Assembly: GCA_041576165.1 (NCBI GenBank)
Contig: JBFGLM010000035.1
Location: 1 to 50,020, forward strand
Source: Acidimicrobiia bacterium
GTDB taxonomy: Bacteria > Actinomycetota > Acidimicrobiia > Spongiisociales > Spongiisociaceae
Direction of reading: 5' to 3'
DNA: 50,020 bases
Below, piece after piece: positions 27,663 to 37,430 of this stretch. Every line of letters begins with the position of its first letter. Positions within the stretch are counted from its first letter, which is position 1. The notes under the pieces were generated by a model that was given only the letters and a program-made list of their open reading frames with translations, did not search any database and was not told the DNA's origin. Position numbers and translations under genes: made by a program.

Positions 27663-27878
27663 CCGGCACAACCCCCTTCTTCTCGTCGGCCGGTAACGGG
27701 GTATGGGATCGACCAGGCCCCGCCCAGATACGCGGAAATCCCGCCCGCTTCCGGTGGTGGGACATACAAGGCGACCATCTTGTAGTCGCCGCTGCACTCC
27801 TCGGGGACAACCGTGGGCCTCCCTAGCCCCGGCCCCGGCCAGCCGCACGCGGTGGCTGCTCCTCCGGCCACGGTCTGC

Positions 27879-29573
27879 TTACGGACCAAACGCCCGGAAC
27901 AGAAATGTCATCGTCTGGTCTCTCGTGAGGTGGTCCTCGGGACAGAACCGGGCGCCCCCGCAGCCCTCTGAGATGCCGGCGGCCGCAATCGCGTTGATCG
28001 CGCCGGCGTGGGTACCGGTCGCGTCGGTGAAAGGCCCATCCGCCAACGGCACCAAGTCCCGGGCCCGGCTGAGGAATGTTGCGATCTGCGCCCGCGTGAC
28101 CGGCCGGTCCGGGCAGAAAAGGTCCGGTTCGCATCCCTGAGTAAGACCGGCTGCCGCGATTGCATTGACTGCGCCGGCGTGGGCCCCGGTCGCGTCGATG
28201 AACGGCCCGTTCGCGATTCCGTTCAGCCCCAAAGTCCTGGCCAGCAATGCGGCCATCTGGGCCCGGGTCAGGGGGTGTCGCGGACAAAACCGATCCTGCG
28301 TGCATCCCTGGGTGACGCCTCGGTCGACAGCCCACCAGATCGCACCTTCATGAACGGTTGTCGCCATGTCGTCGAACGGTTGGATCTGGGCTGCCCGCAG
28401 CCCGGGGACGGGAAACTCGCCGAGGATGATCGTCGGCAGGCCATGGAGGTCGGCGTAGAACAGCAGTTCGTTGCCATTCAAGAAGCGCGGAAAGCGGCCG
28501 CCGTCGGCCGGCATCTCACTGATCTCCAAGGCCGAGACGGCCCGCAGATGTTGGGTCCCGGCGACGTAGACGTTCGGCACTTCACCCGACGTCAGGTTTG
28601 CCACGAGGGCGGTGGTGGTGCTGAACGCAGCCAGTTCGCCGCTTGGGGAAAGTGCGATATCGGCAACGTGTTCGTCGATCCTCGTGCCGTCGTCGGCAAC
28701 CGAAACCAGCTCAACGGGCCCGGGCACACCCGCAGTAACCGAGGTGCGATACATCTCTGCGCAGGGCTCTCCACCGCACCGGTCGACTCCGGCGCCGGGC
28801 AATGTTGTCGCGGTCGAAACAAAGGCGATTTCGACAGTACCGTCCCCGCCGGGGTCGGTCACCTCGACCCGGCCCAATTCGACGGCGGGGCCGAGACCGG
28901 GAAGTGGCGTGACGACCCCGGGGCCCACCAGCTCGACCCCGCTGCCCGTGGCGCGCACGTACCAATTCAAGCTAGGTGATGCCGCCAGAGGCTGGCGTTC
29001 GTCGCGGATGATGACCGCACCCTCCCCGAAGGCACCCGATTGGTGGAAGGTCGCCCATCCGCTACTGAGCTGGTCGGGATCGGTGATCGAGCGGGCCCAC
29101 TGCATCCAAACGGTCTGTCCATCGGCACTGAGGGCCCCGGCGACGAGCGTGGTTTGCTCAGGATCGCCCGGAGGTAGGAGCTGCACGGTGGCGCCCGAGC
29201 TGCGTTGCCGCAGATGGGGTGTGCCCAGCTCGTCGGACAGCAACAGCACGTCACCGTCGGTGGAAATGCCGATCACCCAGGTCAGCGACGCCCCGGCCAG
29301 ATCGACCCGCTCAGTCCGCCCGGTCTCGAAATCGTGCAGCCATGCGAATACTCCCGGGTCCTCCGAGGCCAGCAGGACGCCCCGAGCCGAGATGAACCTT
29401 CCGCCCGGCGCAATCACCAGGCTCGGGTTGGTGGGCGACACGGACAGGGGTTCGCTGTAGGCCACCGGAGCGGTGCTGTAGGCCGTGACGAGGGGCTCAG
29501 GCGCGAGGACGCCCTGCGCGGCCGCTGGCGCGGCCAGGCTGAGGACGAGTACGGCAAGCAGGGCGGAGCGCAT
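27879..29573 (-). CDS. Secreted TolB-like propeller protein with three SLH domains
   Basis: Signal peptide; GIST.DG/ALS.DG repeats; three G..GC...FCP....TR.Q.A repeats. Confidence 0.9.
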   Translation of the reverse strand: MRSALLAVLVLSLAAPAAAQGVLAPEPLVTAYSTAPVAYSEPLSVSPTNPSLVIAPGGRFISARGVLLASEDPGVFAWLHDFETGRTERVDLAGASLTWVIGISTDGDVLLLSDELGTPHLRQRSSGATVQLLPPGDPEQTTLVAGALSADGQTVWMQWARSITDPDQLSSGWATFHQSGAFGEGAVIIRDERQPLAASPSLNWYVRATGSGVELVGPGVVTPLPGLGPAVELGRVEVTDPGGDGTVEIAFVSTATTLPGAGVDRCGGEPCAEMYRTSVTAGVPGPVELVSVADDGTRIDEHVADIALSPSGELAAFSTTTALVANLTSGEVPNVYVAGTQHLRAVSALEISEMPADGGRFPRFLNGNELLFYADLHGLPTIILGEFPVPGLRAAQIQPFDDMATTVHEGAIWWAVDRGVTQGCTQDRFCPRHPLTRAQMAALLARTLGLNGIANGPFIDATGAHAGAVNAIAAAGLTQGCEPDLFCPDRPVTRAQIATFLSRARDLVPLADGPFTDATGTHAGAINAIAAAGISEGCGGARFCPEDHLTRDQTMTFLFRAFGP

Positions 29574-29610
29574 TTGGGGACGCAGGTTAGGACGGCGCTG
29601 CCGGCTAGCC

Positions 29611-29772
29611 GTGACCGAGCGGGGTCTGGACTTCTACGACCGCCTGGTCGACCGGCCACAGGACCGGGCGGCCCAGGTCCATTTCGAAGGGTTCCGCAAT
29701 CGATGGTTCTTCGACCCGGTGTTCGGGCGGGGGTATCCGGACGAGGTGCAGGCCTACTCCGACCGCGGGCGC
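29611..29772 (+). pseudogene. Internally deleted remnant of a GH1 beta-glucosidase
   Basis: GLDFYDRLVD joined directly to AA...EGFRNRWFFDPVFGRGYP, motifs normally far apart in GH1. Confidence 0.7.
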
Positions 29773-29925
29773 ATCCCGAGCGGCCGACGCGCATCTCTGC
29801 ACTATCTAGCGGGCGCAGCAGGGCGGGGTGCCCGTAGACGGCCGACCGCGGCGCTGTAACAGGGAACCGGGCCGGGTTCGGCGAACGTCCAAGCGCCGTA
29901 TTTGGCATCCGTGAAGGGACCGCTG

Positions 29926-30060
29926 ATGTCTGAAGTCACGATCGCTCGCATCTTCCTAGCGATCATCCTGATCCTGGCGCTGCTGGCGGTGGCGAATCCT
30001 TCGGTGTTCGCCGTTGACCCGCCCCCGGCCGACCTGGTGGATGTACGCGTCATCCACTGA
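29926..30060 (+). CDS. 44-aa single-TM micro-protein, copy 1
   Basis: MSEVTIARIFLAIILILALLAVANPSVFAVDPPPADLVDVRVIH*; not in ORF track. Confidence 0.75.
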   Translation: MSEVTIARIFLAIILILALLAVANPSVFAVDPPPADLVDVRVIH

Positions 30061-30094
30061 CACGCCGGGGGTCCGGCCGGCCGGCCGAGCTCCA

Positions 30095-30141
30095 CTGTGA
30101 CAGAACCGTTACACGACGGTGAAGCTGCTGAGAAGTCCGTG
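30095..30141 (+). repeat. Copy A of a 47-bp duplicated regulatory segment with GTGAC-N6-GTTAC box
   Basis: 46/47 identical to 32461-32507. Confidence 0.9.
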
Positions 30142-30187
30142 GCGCACGCTGAACCCCATGGATCGGGAGCACGGAAAGGAGCCGAGC

Positions 30188-30364
30188 ATGAAACCGACCG
30201 ATGGGCTTCGGCCAAGGCAACCGCGCATGTCTGATGTCACCATCGCTCGCATCTTCATTGCCCTTCTCCTCGTCCTGGCGCTGCTGGCCGTGGCGAACCC
30301 TTCGGTCTTCGCCGTCGATCCGCCGCCGGTCGCGGAGCCGGCGGACGTCCGCGTGATCGAGTGA
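30188..30364 (+). CDS. Single-TM micro-protein, copy 2 (alternative start 30227)
   Basis: AAGGAG RBS; ...MSDVTIARIFIALLLVLALLAVANPSVFAVDPPPVAEPADVRVIE*. Confidence 0.75.
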   Translation: MKPTDGLRPRQPRMSDVTIARIFIALLLVLALLAVANPSVFAVDPPPVAEPADVRVIE

Positions 30365-30403
30365 GACGCGCAAAGTGGAGGTCTCGTCGTCCATACTGAG
30401 AAT

Positions 30404-31081
30404 GTGGACGCGCATCTGTTGATCGTCGAGGACGACGCTTCGATCCGCGAAACGACCAAGCTGGGACTGGAAGCAGCCGGGTTCGTCGTTGAAGCGGCCA
30501 TTGATGGCGACGACGGTCTCGCGCGGTTCCGCCGCCACCGGCCCGACCTGGTGGTCCTCGACGTCATGCTGCCCAAGCGCGACGGTCTCGAGGTGTGCCG
30601 GGTCATCCGATCGGAGTCGACAGTCCCCGTGGTGATGCTGACCGCCCGCTCCGGCACGATCGATGTCGTGGTCGGGCTGGAAGCCGGCGCCGACGACTAC
30701 GTCACCAAACCGTTCGAAATGGCCGAGCTGGTCGCCCGGGTGCGGGCGGCCCTGCGGCGGGCCCGGGGTGCCACGGACACCGAGACACTGCGCCTGGGCG
30801 CGGTCGAGATCGATGTGCCGGGACACCGGGCCTTCCGGGACGGCTCCGAGATCGGACTCAGCCCCACCGAATTCCGGCTGCTCGTCGAACTGGCCCGGGC
30901 CCCCGGACGCGCGTTCACCCGCGAGATGTTGCTGGAGAAGGTCTGGGGCTACGACTACCTCGGCGACTCACGGCTCGTCGATGTGGCCGTCCAGCGCCTG
31001 CGGGCGAAGATCGAACCGGATCCCGCCGACCCGCAGCTGATCGAGACCGTTCGCGGCATCGGCTACCGGGCGAGCGGCTGA
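30404..31081 (+). CDS. OmpR-family response regulator (MtrA-like)
   Basis: LDVMLP, GADDYVTKPF, VWGYDYLGDSRLVDV..QRLRAKIE.DP. Confidence 0.95.
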   Translation: MDAHLLIVEDDASIRETTKLGLEAAGFVVEAAIDGDDGLARFRRHRPDLVVLDVMLPKRDGLEVCRVIRSESTVPVVMLTARSGTIDVVVGLEAGADDYVTKPFEMAELVARVRAALRRARGATDTETLRLGAVEIDVPGHRAFRDGSEIGLSPTEFRLLVELARAPGRAFTREMLLEKVWGYDYLGDSRLVDVAVQRLRAKIEPDPADPQLIETVRGIGYRASG

Positions 31082-31082
31082 G

Positions 31083-32534
31083 ATGGCGCAGGGGTTTCGG
31101 GCCCGGCTGACCATCACCATCATCGCTCTGGTCGCGATCAGTGCCGTGGTGCTGGCGGCCACGTCCTACGTCCTCCTGCGCAACTCGCTCCGGGAGAGGG
31201 CGAAGGACGCCGGCGTGGCACAGGCGGAGTTCAATATCGGAGTGCTGGCCTCCCCCGATCAGTTGCCGCCCGGGGCCGATCTGGCAGAGTTCGAACGCAG
31301 CGGACTCGCCGCCCGGTTCCAAACCCGGGGCACGAGCGGCATGTATGTGGATTTTGGGGACGGCAATCCGTTCGCCTCGTCGCTGGAGCTGCTGGAAACC
31401 CCCGATCTGGCGGATCCGGAGCTGGTGGAACTGGTGGGGTCGGGTCAGCTCGGTTGGCAGTTCCTCAAGGTTGGCGCCGACTCACGCTTGCTGGTCGCCG
31501 GTCGCCGGCCGCCGGCCGGACCGGATTTCTACTTCTATTTCGACGCGGCGCCCGTGGACCAGGCGCTCGGGCTGCTTGCGCGCTTTTTGCTGGCCGGTGC
31601 CGGGGCCGTATTGGTCATCGGGGTGCTGGTGGCAGGCACGGTGGCCCGGGGAGTGCTGCGCCCGGTCCGCTCCGCCAGCCAGGCGGCCGGCAGGCTCGCC
31701 CGCGGTGATCTCGGTACCCGCGTCCCGGTGGAGTCGGCAGACGAGTTCGGTCGTTGGGCGGAGTCGTTCAACCACATGGCGGCCGCGCTGGAAGAGAAGG
31801 TGGCCGAGCTGGAGGAGGCCCAGGCCCGGGAGCAACGGTTCGTGGCCGACGTGTCTCACGAGCTGCGCACCCCCCTCACCGCACTGACTACCGAGGCTGC
31901 GTTGCTGGCCGGCCATCTCGACGATCTGCCGCCGGAAGGACGCCGCGCGGCTGAACTACTCACAGCCGACATCGCTCGGCTGCGGCGCCTGGTCGATGAG
32001 CTGCTCGAAGTGTCGCGCCTCGATCGGGCCCCCGAACCGGCCGAACTGTCACCGACGGACCTCCACAAGTTCCTCGCTGCCATCATCCGGGAACGCTTGC
32101 CCGGCGCCCGGGTGACCGGGGAGATCCCCACCGAGCCCCTACTCCTCGACCGCCGGGGGCTGGAACGTGTCTTGGCAAATCTGCTGGATAACGCAGCCGT
32201 CCACGCCCCGGGGGCAACTGTTGAAGTAGAAGTCCGCGCCCAGTCCCACCGGCTCACGATCCTCGTCGACGATGACGGTCCGGGAGTGGCGCCGGAAGAG
32301 CTGGCTCATCTCTTCGACCGTTTCTACAAGTCGGACCGGTCCCGTCAGGGCGGCAGCGGGCTCGGGTTGGCCATCGCTCGCGAGCATGCTCGGCGCCTGG
32401 GCGGCGACCTGGAGGCGCGCCGGCGGGAACCACGTGGTCTGATCTTTGAGCTGTCGCTACCTGTGACCGAACCGTTACACGACGGTGAAGCTGCTGAGAA
32501 GTCCGTGTCGCAAGCTGAACCAGTAGATCAGTAA
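31083..32534 (+). CDS. HAMP sensor histidine kinase (MtrB-like)
   Basis: 2 [30 protein letters not shown]. Confidence 0.95.
   Translation: MAQGFRARLTITIIALVAISAVVLAATSYVLLRNSLRERAKDAGVAQAEFNIGVLASPDQLPPGADLAEFERSGLAARFQTRGTSGMYVDFGDGNPFASSLELLETPDLADPELVELVGSGQLGWQFLKVGADSRLLVAGRRPPAGPDFYFYFDAAPVDQALGLLARFLLAGAGAVLVIGVLVAGTVARGVLRPVRSASQAAGRLARGDLGTRVPVESADEFGRWAESFNHMAAALEEKVAELEEAQAREQRFVADVSHELRTPLTALTTEAALLAGHLDDLPPEGRRAAELLTADIARLRRLVDELLEVSRLDRAPEPAELSPTDLHKFLAAIIRERLPGARVTGEIPTEPLLLDRRGLERVLANLLDNAAVHAPGATVEVEVRAQSHRLTILVDDDGPGVAPEELAHLFDRFYKSDRSRQGGSGLGLAIAREHARRLGGDLEARRREPRGLIFELSLPVTEPLHDGEAAEKSVSQAEPVDQ
32461..32507 (+). repeat. Copy B of the 47-bp regulatory segment, inside the HK 3' end
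   Basis: CTGTGACCGAACCGTTACACGACGGTGAAGCTGCTGAGAAGTCCGTG. Confidence 0.9.
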
Positions 32535-32548
32535 CGCGAAAGGAGTCG

Positions 32549-33967
32549 ATGATGAAACGCCTGATCGTACTGGTAGCGGCACTAGCGATGATCGCGGCGG
32601 CTTGCTCGAGCGACGTCGGCGGCGCCGGCCCGGTCACGACCGCCCCGCCCCAGACGACGGCGACCACTGTGCCACCGGTCGATACCACCCCCACCACGAC
32701 CCCCACGGATGCCGGAGAGCCCACCACGACTCCCAGCACGGCTCCCGCAGCCGAGCAGCTCGTGGATGTATACTTCGTGTACGACTCACAATACGCGGTC
32801 TCGGTGAAGCGCCCGGCCCAGAGCTCGGTCACCTTGGCTCGGGATGCACTCGATGCGTTGATTGCAGGTCCGACCCAAGAGGAACAGCAGGCCGGACTCT
32901 TCAGTGCAATTCCGTCCGACACGTTGCCGCTGGGTGTCGTCATCGAGAAGGGTCTCGCCACCGTCGACCTGTCGCGCGAGTTCGAGGTGGGCGGCGGATC
33001 GACGGCCATGCTCAGCCGCCTGGCCCAGGTGGTGTACACCCTGACCCAGTTCCCGACCGTCGACGGCGTGGCATTCAAATTGGATGGCCAGCCGGTGACC
33101 GTCTTTTCGGGCGAGGGCATCCTCCTGGAGCATCCGGTCGACCGCTCCGACTACATGTCGATCCTGCCGATCGATACGCTGCCAGCGCCGCGCTGGTCAC
33201 AGGCGGACCTGCCCTCGACTGCAGGCGTCCCCGCCGACGAGCTGGGCCGGGTGGTGCTGGTCGAGGACGACGACGTGCTCAACGTCCGCAGCCGGCCCGG
33301 CGTCGACAATCCGATAATCGGCATGCTGGAGCCGGGCGTGGTCGTCCGCCGGACGGGCGAATGGACCAACGTCGGTTCATCGGTGTGGGAGGTCATCGAT
33401 ATCCCCGGCGGGAACGGCTGGGTCAACAGCACGTTCCTAGGAGTAATGGTGGACGAGGCCAACTTTGCGACCGATCCCCGGGTGGACGATCTCCTAGCGC
33501 AGATGTCGGATCTGATGGCCGCTGCCAAGGATCTGTCCCCGATCGCATCGAACCGTGGCATCTACATCGCGCACAACTCGTTTCCCGACCGCTGGACCCC
33601 CGCTGAGCTGGCCACAGCCATGACCGACTCCACTACCTACAAGTGGCCGTCGGCGGCACTGGAGATCGACAGCCCCGAGCTGCCGTCCCGCACCTTCGCG
33701 GATGCGATCGGCAATCGGTTCGTGTCGGCGTTCGAGGACAGCGACCGTCAGCTGGCCCGTAACGAGATCCTGATGGGCGGCAACGGCTTCACGCCTGAGT
33801 ACGCGATCCCGTTCATGCTGAAGGGCTTCAACTACGTGAGCGTCTACGACCCGGGTGACAACCCGGAGTACGGCGGCCTCGACTGGACCGCCTGGTACGT
33901 GTCAATTGACTACGAGAACGGCGAGCCGGTCGTGGTCGGTCTCAGCCTCAACGAGTGGTCGCCGTGA
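32549..33967 (+). CDS. Lipoprotein with GerMN and SH3b-like domains
   Basis: Lipobox AAAC; GerMN ATVDLS...LAQVVYTLTQFPTV; LNVRSRPG...GWV. Confidence 0.9.
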   Translation: MMKRLIVLVAALAMIAAACSSDVGGAGPVTTAPPQTTATTVPPVDTTPTTTPTDAGEPTTTPSTAPAAEQLVDVYFVYDSQYAVSVKRPAQSSVTLARDALDALIAGPTQEEQQAGLFSAIPSDTLPLGVVIEKGLATVDLSREFEVGGGSTAMLSRLAQVVYTLTQFPTVDGVAFKLDGQPVTVFSGEGILLEHPVDRSDYMSILPIDTLPAPRWSQADLPSTAGVPADELGRVVLVEDDDVLNVRSRPGVDNPIIGMLEPGVVVRRTGEWTNVGSSVWEVIDIPGGNGWVNSTFLGVMVDEANFATDPRVDDLLAQMSDLMAAAKDLSPIASNRGIYIAHNSFPDRWTPAELATAMTDSTTYKWPSAALEIDSPELPSRTFADAIGNRFVSAFEDSDRQLARNEILMGGNGFTPEYAIPFMLKGFNYVSVYDPGDNPEYGGLDWTAWYVSIDYENGEPVVVGLSLNEWSP

Positions 33968-33987
33968 ACTCCACGTACTAGGCACAC

Positions 33988-34018
33988 GACCGGGGGCGCT
34001 CGCCGGGCGCCCCCGGTC
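33988..34018 (+). terminator. Hairpin terminator after the lipoprotein gene
   Basis: GACCGGGGGCGC-N7-GCGCCCCCGGTC. Confidence 0.75.
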
Positions 34019-34104
34019 ACCCATGTGCAGTCCACATTGCGCTCAAAACCCCGCGTCATCAACAGGCCGGTTGCCCCTAGCAATACGGAGCCGATTACCA
34101 GATA

Positions 34105-35934
34105 ATGCCCTGGGGGCTGGCGCCGGGGTTTTTTGCGTATCACCAGTCATGCCCCGACGTCTGCTCACGAGGACCAGAGGGGACGACCCAGTGGGTGTGG
34201 TGGTTATCATGCACAGAGCAGCCCGTGCAGGGCCTGGCTGACGGCGTCGCAGTGCTACTTCCCCGCCTGCTGCGACCGCTCCCTGCGGACGGTATTCCCA
34301 CCTCATCCGTGGCACCCGCTCGGTCACCGCTCACACTGATTTCCGCGCGCGAAGGCACGTTCATCGGTGAAGTGCTCGCCCGGCTCATTGCCGACGACGG
34401 CCGCTGGGACAGGTGCTCATGGCTGCGGGAGCCACCCGAGCAGCCGTTCGCCACCGAGCATGCCGTGGTGGACGCGCTCGCCCTGCGACATCAGATCGAT
34501 CGCTCGCGCGAATACAGGCGCATTGACCGCGCTTTTCACGCCTGTCAGGCCGGTTCGGTGCTGGTGATAGAACTGGTCGGACGGTGCTCGGGCGGGCTCG
34601 GCCGCATGATCGCCGGCCTGCGCGACTACGCAGAGCAGTCCGGCACTGCCATCGTTGTCTCTGTCAGCGGCCCGGTTCCGGGTCCACTGCTTCGTGCCTC
34701 AGGTCGGGCCGTTCCGATCGACACCGCGGCGATTGCCCGCGCTGAAGCAGGCGCGGCCGGGCTAGATGCACTGGTGATTGCGCGCGTGCAGAAACTCCTG
34801 CGAGGGCGGGATGCAGTCCTGCATGACCTGGCGGCGGCGCATCACCCGTCTTCCGATGCAATCCGCCTCGCCGCCAGCTCGCATACCGGCCGGGCCTTTC
34901 TGCGCAAAGTCACAGGGCTGCTGCTCGACGAGCACAGTGGGGATGAGCGGGAAGCGATCGAGATGGCAGTCCGGACCGGTTACTGGCATCCCCAGTTTTC
35001 CGCCGGCTCAATCGAGACGGCGGCTTTGCGTCCCTGGCTCGTGCCGCTGGAGCACGATTGGGGGTGGGTCCGCCCGGTCTGGCGGCGCCCGCTCATCGAC
35101 CAGCTCACAAACCCGCGGATCTCACGCAGGGCAGCGGTACCCGATTCTCCGCTCCCGGTCATGGATGAGGTGTGGGATCCGGTGGTCGAGATCCGCCTGC
35201 TGGGCCCGCTCGAGATCCGGGTGGACGGACAATTGGCCGACGGCTTGACCGGACACCTCGGAACGAGCGTGCTTCGCTACCTACTGATGCGGCCAGACCT
35301 GAGCTGCTTTCGCGATCAGCTCCTCGAAACGTTCTGGCCGGATGCGGACCCGGAGCGTGCACGCAATCGGCTGCAAGTTGCCTTGAGTTCGTTCCGGCGG
35401 ACGATTCGCCAGTTCACTGACGTCGAGATAGTGGAATATGTCGACGGCGCCTATCGCCTCAATCGAAATCTCGACCTCAACATCGACGTACGCGAGTTCG
35501 AGCGGCTCGCGGCAATGGGCGCCCGGGCGGCCAAGATGGGTGATACCGAGTCCGCGCTGAAGGCAGACGCGAGTGCGGTCCAGGTGTACCGCGGCGATCT
35601 CTGTCCTGATCTGCCCTACGACGAATGGGCCGTCTTCCCGCGGGAGCGCCTCCGGATGATGTACGGAGACGTGCTTGACCGGCTCGCCCGCCATCAATGG
35701 GGGGTCACCGACCACGACGGTTGCATCACCACCGCCCAGCTGATGTTGGAGCAGGACCCGTGCCGGGAGGACGCTCACCGCCTGTTGATGCGGTGCTACG
35801 CCGAACAGGGCCGCACCCACCAAGCACTACGGCAATTCGACGCCTGTCGTCGGGTTCTCAAGGCGACGCTGGGAGCCAACCCGTCCCGGGACACCGTCGC
35901 CGCCTACCTGGACATACGCGATCAGGGCGGCTGA
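34105..35934 (+). CDS. SARP-family (wHTH + BTAD) activator with degenerate N-terminal NTPase-like region; start uncertain
   Basis: IRLLGPLEIRVDG, RDQLLETFWPD, YRGDL, DPCREDAHRLLMRCY. Confidence 0.9.
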   Translation: MPWGLAPGFFAYHQSCPDVCSRGPEGTTQWVWWLSCTEQPVQGLADGVAVLLPRLLRPLPADGIPTSSVAPARSPLTLISAREGTFIGEVLARLIADDGRWDRCSWLREPPEQPFATEHAVVDALALRHQIDRSREYRRIDRAFHACQAGSVLVIELVGRCSGGLGRMIAGLRDYAEQSGTAIVVSVSGPVPGPLLRASGRAVPIDTAAIARAEAGAAGLDALVIARVQKLLRGRDAVLHDLAAAHHPSSDAIRLAASSHTGRAFLRKVTGLLLDEHSGDEREAIEMAVRTGYWHPQFSAGSIETAALRPWLVPLEHDWGWVRPVWRRPLIDQLTNPRISRRAAVPDSPLPVMDEVWDPVVEIRLLGPLEIRVDGQLADGLTGHLGTSVLRYLLMRPDLSCFRDQLLETFWPDADPERARNRLQVALSSFRRTIRQFTDVEIVEYVDGAYRLNRNLDLNIDVREFERLAAMGARAAKMGDTESALKADASAVQVYRGDLCPDLPYDEWAVFPRERLRMMYGDVLDRLARHQWGVTDHDGCITTAQLMLEQDPCREDAHRLLMRCYAEQGRTHQALRQFDACRRVLKATLGANPSRDTVAAYLDIRDQGG

Positions 35935-35978
35935 TCGCCGCCCTGATCGGTGATTCGGACCCTGACGGGTCCGATGCG

Positions 35979-36800
35979 TCAGCGGGCCTGCGCCATGCTT
36001 TCGACCCTCCGTGCCCCCGGGTTGCCGGGAAGTGGAGCCTCGATCTCAATCGTGAGGTCGAGCCGGTTGATCCCAGGCGCGAGATCGTCCGCCGGGTACT
36101 GCAGTTCCACGAGCTCGCCAGGACGTGCTACCCCCGAGAGCATGCCTATCCGGCGCCACCCTGAAGCGTCGTCGGTGCCGTAAGGACGGCCCGCGAGCGA
36201 CGCCCGGTACTGGAAGGAGCCCGTCTCGCCTGCGTCGATTCCCGACGTGTCCCACCGTCGCGTGATTGATGTCGATGAACCCCCAATCGCCTTCCCGGCA
36301 TCGACTACGACTATGTCGCCTTCGGTGCTGCTGGCGCTGAAGCGGATCAGCTCTTCGAGCTCGGCCCAACCACGCGACTCGGCGGCCGCGAGCGACTCGG
36401 CCGGCAACGGCTGGGCCGGTGCCATCTCGCTGAGGCGCTCATGGATGAACCCGACGATCTGATCACCCGGAATACCCGAGAACGCTTTCTCGCGTCCCGA
36501 GCGCACGTCGACCACGGTGCTTCGCGCGGCACGGCCATCGGGATGGGCCACGACCCTCACGATGTACCGGGCCGACCGTTCGCCATCGACGGTCGTGTCG
36601 GCGGCCGCGTCGTCGGCTCGCTCTCGAGCGAGATCACGAATCTCGCGCAATCGCTTGGCATCGACGTCCTTGATACGTGCAATGGCGTCGAGCGCCATGG
36701 CAAGTCCCACCCATGTGTGTACGCCACTTTCGTGGAGCTTGGCTTCGGTCGCGGGACCGATGCCTTTCAGCTCGTGAAACCGTGCGTCGATCGTCATCAT
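35979..36800 (-). CDS. Helix-hairpin-helix domain protein with C-terminal beta domain
   Basis: ELKGIGPATEAKLHESGV HhH motif; C-terminal LAPGINRL beta-strand pattern. Confidence 0.85.
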   Translation of the reverse strand: MMTIDARFHELKGIGPATEAKLHESGVHTWVGLAMALDAIARIKDVDAKRLREIRDLARERADDAAADTTVDGERSARYIVRVVAHPDGRAARSTVVDVRSGREKAFSGIPGDQIVGFIHERLSEMAPAQPLPAESLAAAESRGWAELEELIRFSASSTEGDIVVVDAGKAIGGSSTSITRRWDTSGIDAGETGSFQYRASLAGRPYGTDDASGWRRIGMLSGVARPGELVELQYPADDLAPGINRLDLTIEIEAPLPGNPGARRVESMAQAR

Positions 36801-36821
36801 GCCCTGCCGATATTGCCGGTA

Positions 36822-37334
36822 CTAGACCGGGCTCTCGACCTGGATGACCGGACCTTCGTAGTAGCCGACAAGATCGAAACCGGGCGTGCCCAGCGTGCTG
36901 TTCAAGAACACCGACATCGCCAGCTTGTAGATCCCGGATGGCGACGTGGCCGGACCACCCGGATTGCCTTCCTGCAGCGTGCCGGCCGGCACCGTCACGT
37001 CGACGGTCCACTTCTGGCAGTTGACGGCCGCCGGGTTGGCTGTGCAGGCCACCGAGGCCGTCTTGGGCAGCTGGGCCGAGCCGATCCGCAATTCCTGCCC
37101 GCCACCGAGCGACTCAGCAAATACCTCGATCCGCCAGTTGTTGCTCAGCGCCGCCAGCCACAGCGGGGTGAGTACGCCATAAACCTCCCACTCGATGGTG
37201 ATCGTGAACGGCTGATTCGGATCCACCACATTGTTCGGCATCGCCGGTGGCGGGAATCCAGCCGGAGCGGTCAGCGCAACCGACGTGATATCCCCTTCCA
37301 GGTAGTTGGGGATGCTCGGATCGAACTGGTGCAT
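36822..37334 (-). CDS. Hypothetical cytoplasmic beta-sandwich protein, copy 2
   Basis: MHQF start; EWEVYG, WRIEVFAESLG, GYYEGPVIQ. Confidence 0.85.
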   Translation of the reverse strand: MHQFDPSIPNYLEGDITSVALTAPAGFPPPAMPNNVVDPNQPFTITIEWEVYGVLTPLWLAALSNNWRIEVFAESLGGGQELRIGSAQLPKTASVACTANPAAVNCQKWTVDVTVPAGTLQEGNPGGPATSPSGIYKLAMSVFLNSTLGTPGFDLVGYYEGPVIQVESPV

Positions 37335-37430
37335 ACATGCCCCCCTTCGGGCTTCGACTTCGGACCCGGTGTGGGCCCGACCTACCAGAAACGTACGACG
37401 GGGCGCTGTGCCGGTGGCTAGACAGGTGCT

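Noticed and set aside
30404-33967. Naming the genes mtrA-mtrB-lpqB
   Set aside because: Similar layout, but the lipoprotein is GerMN+SH3 rather than LpqB-type, and orthology cannot be shown here.
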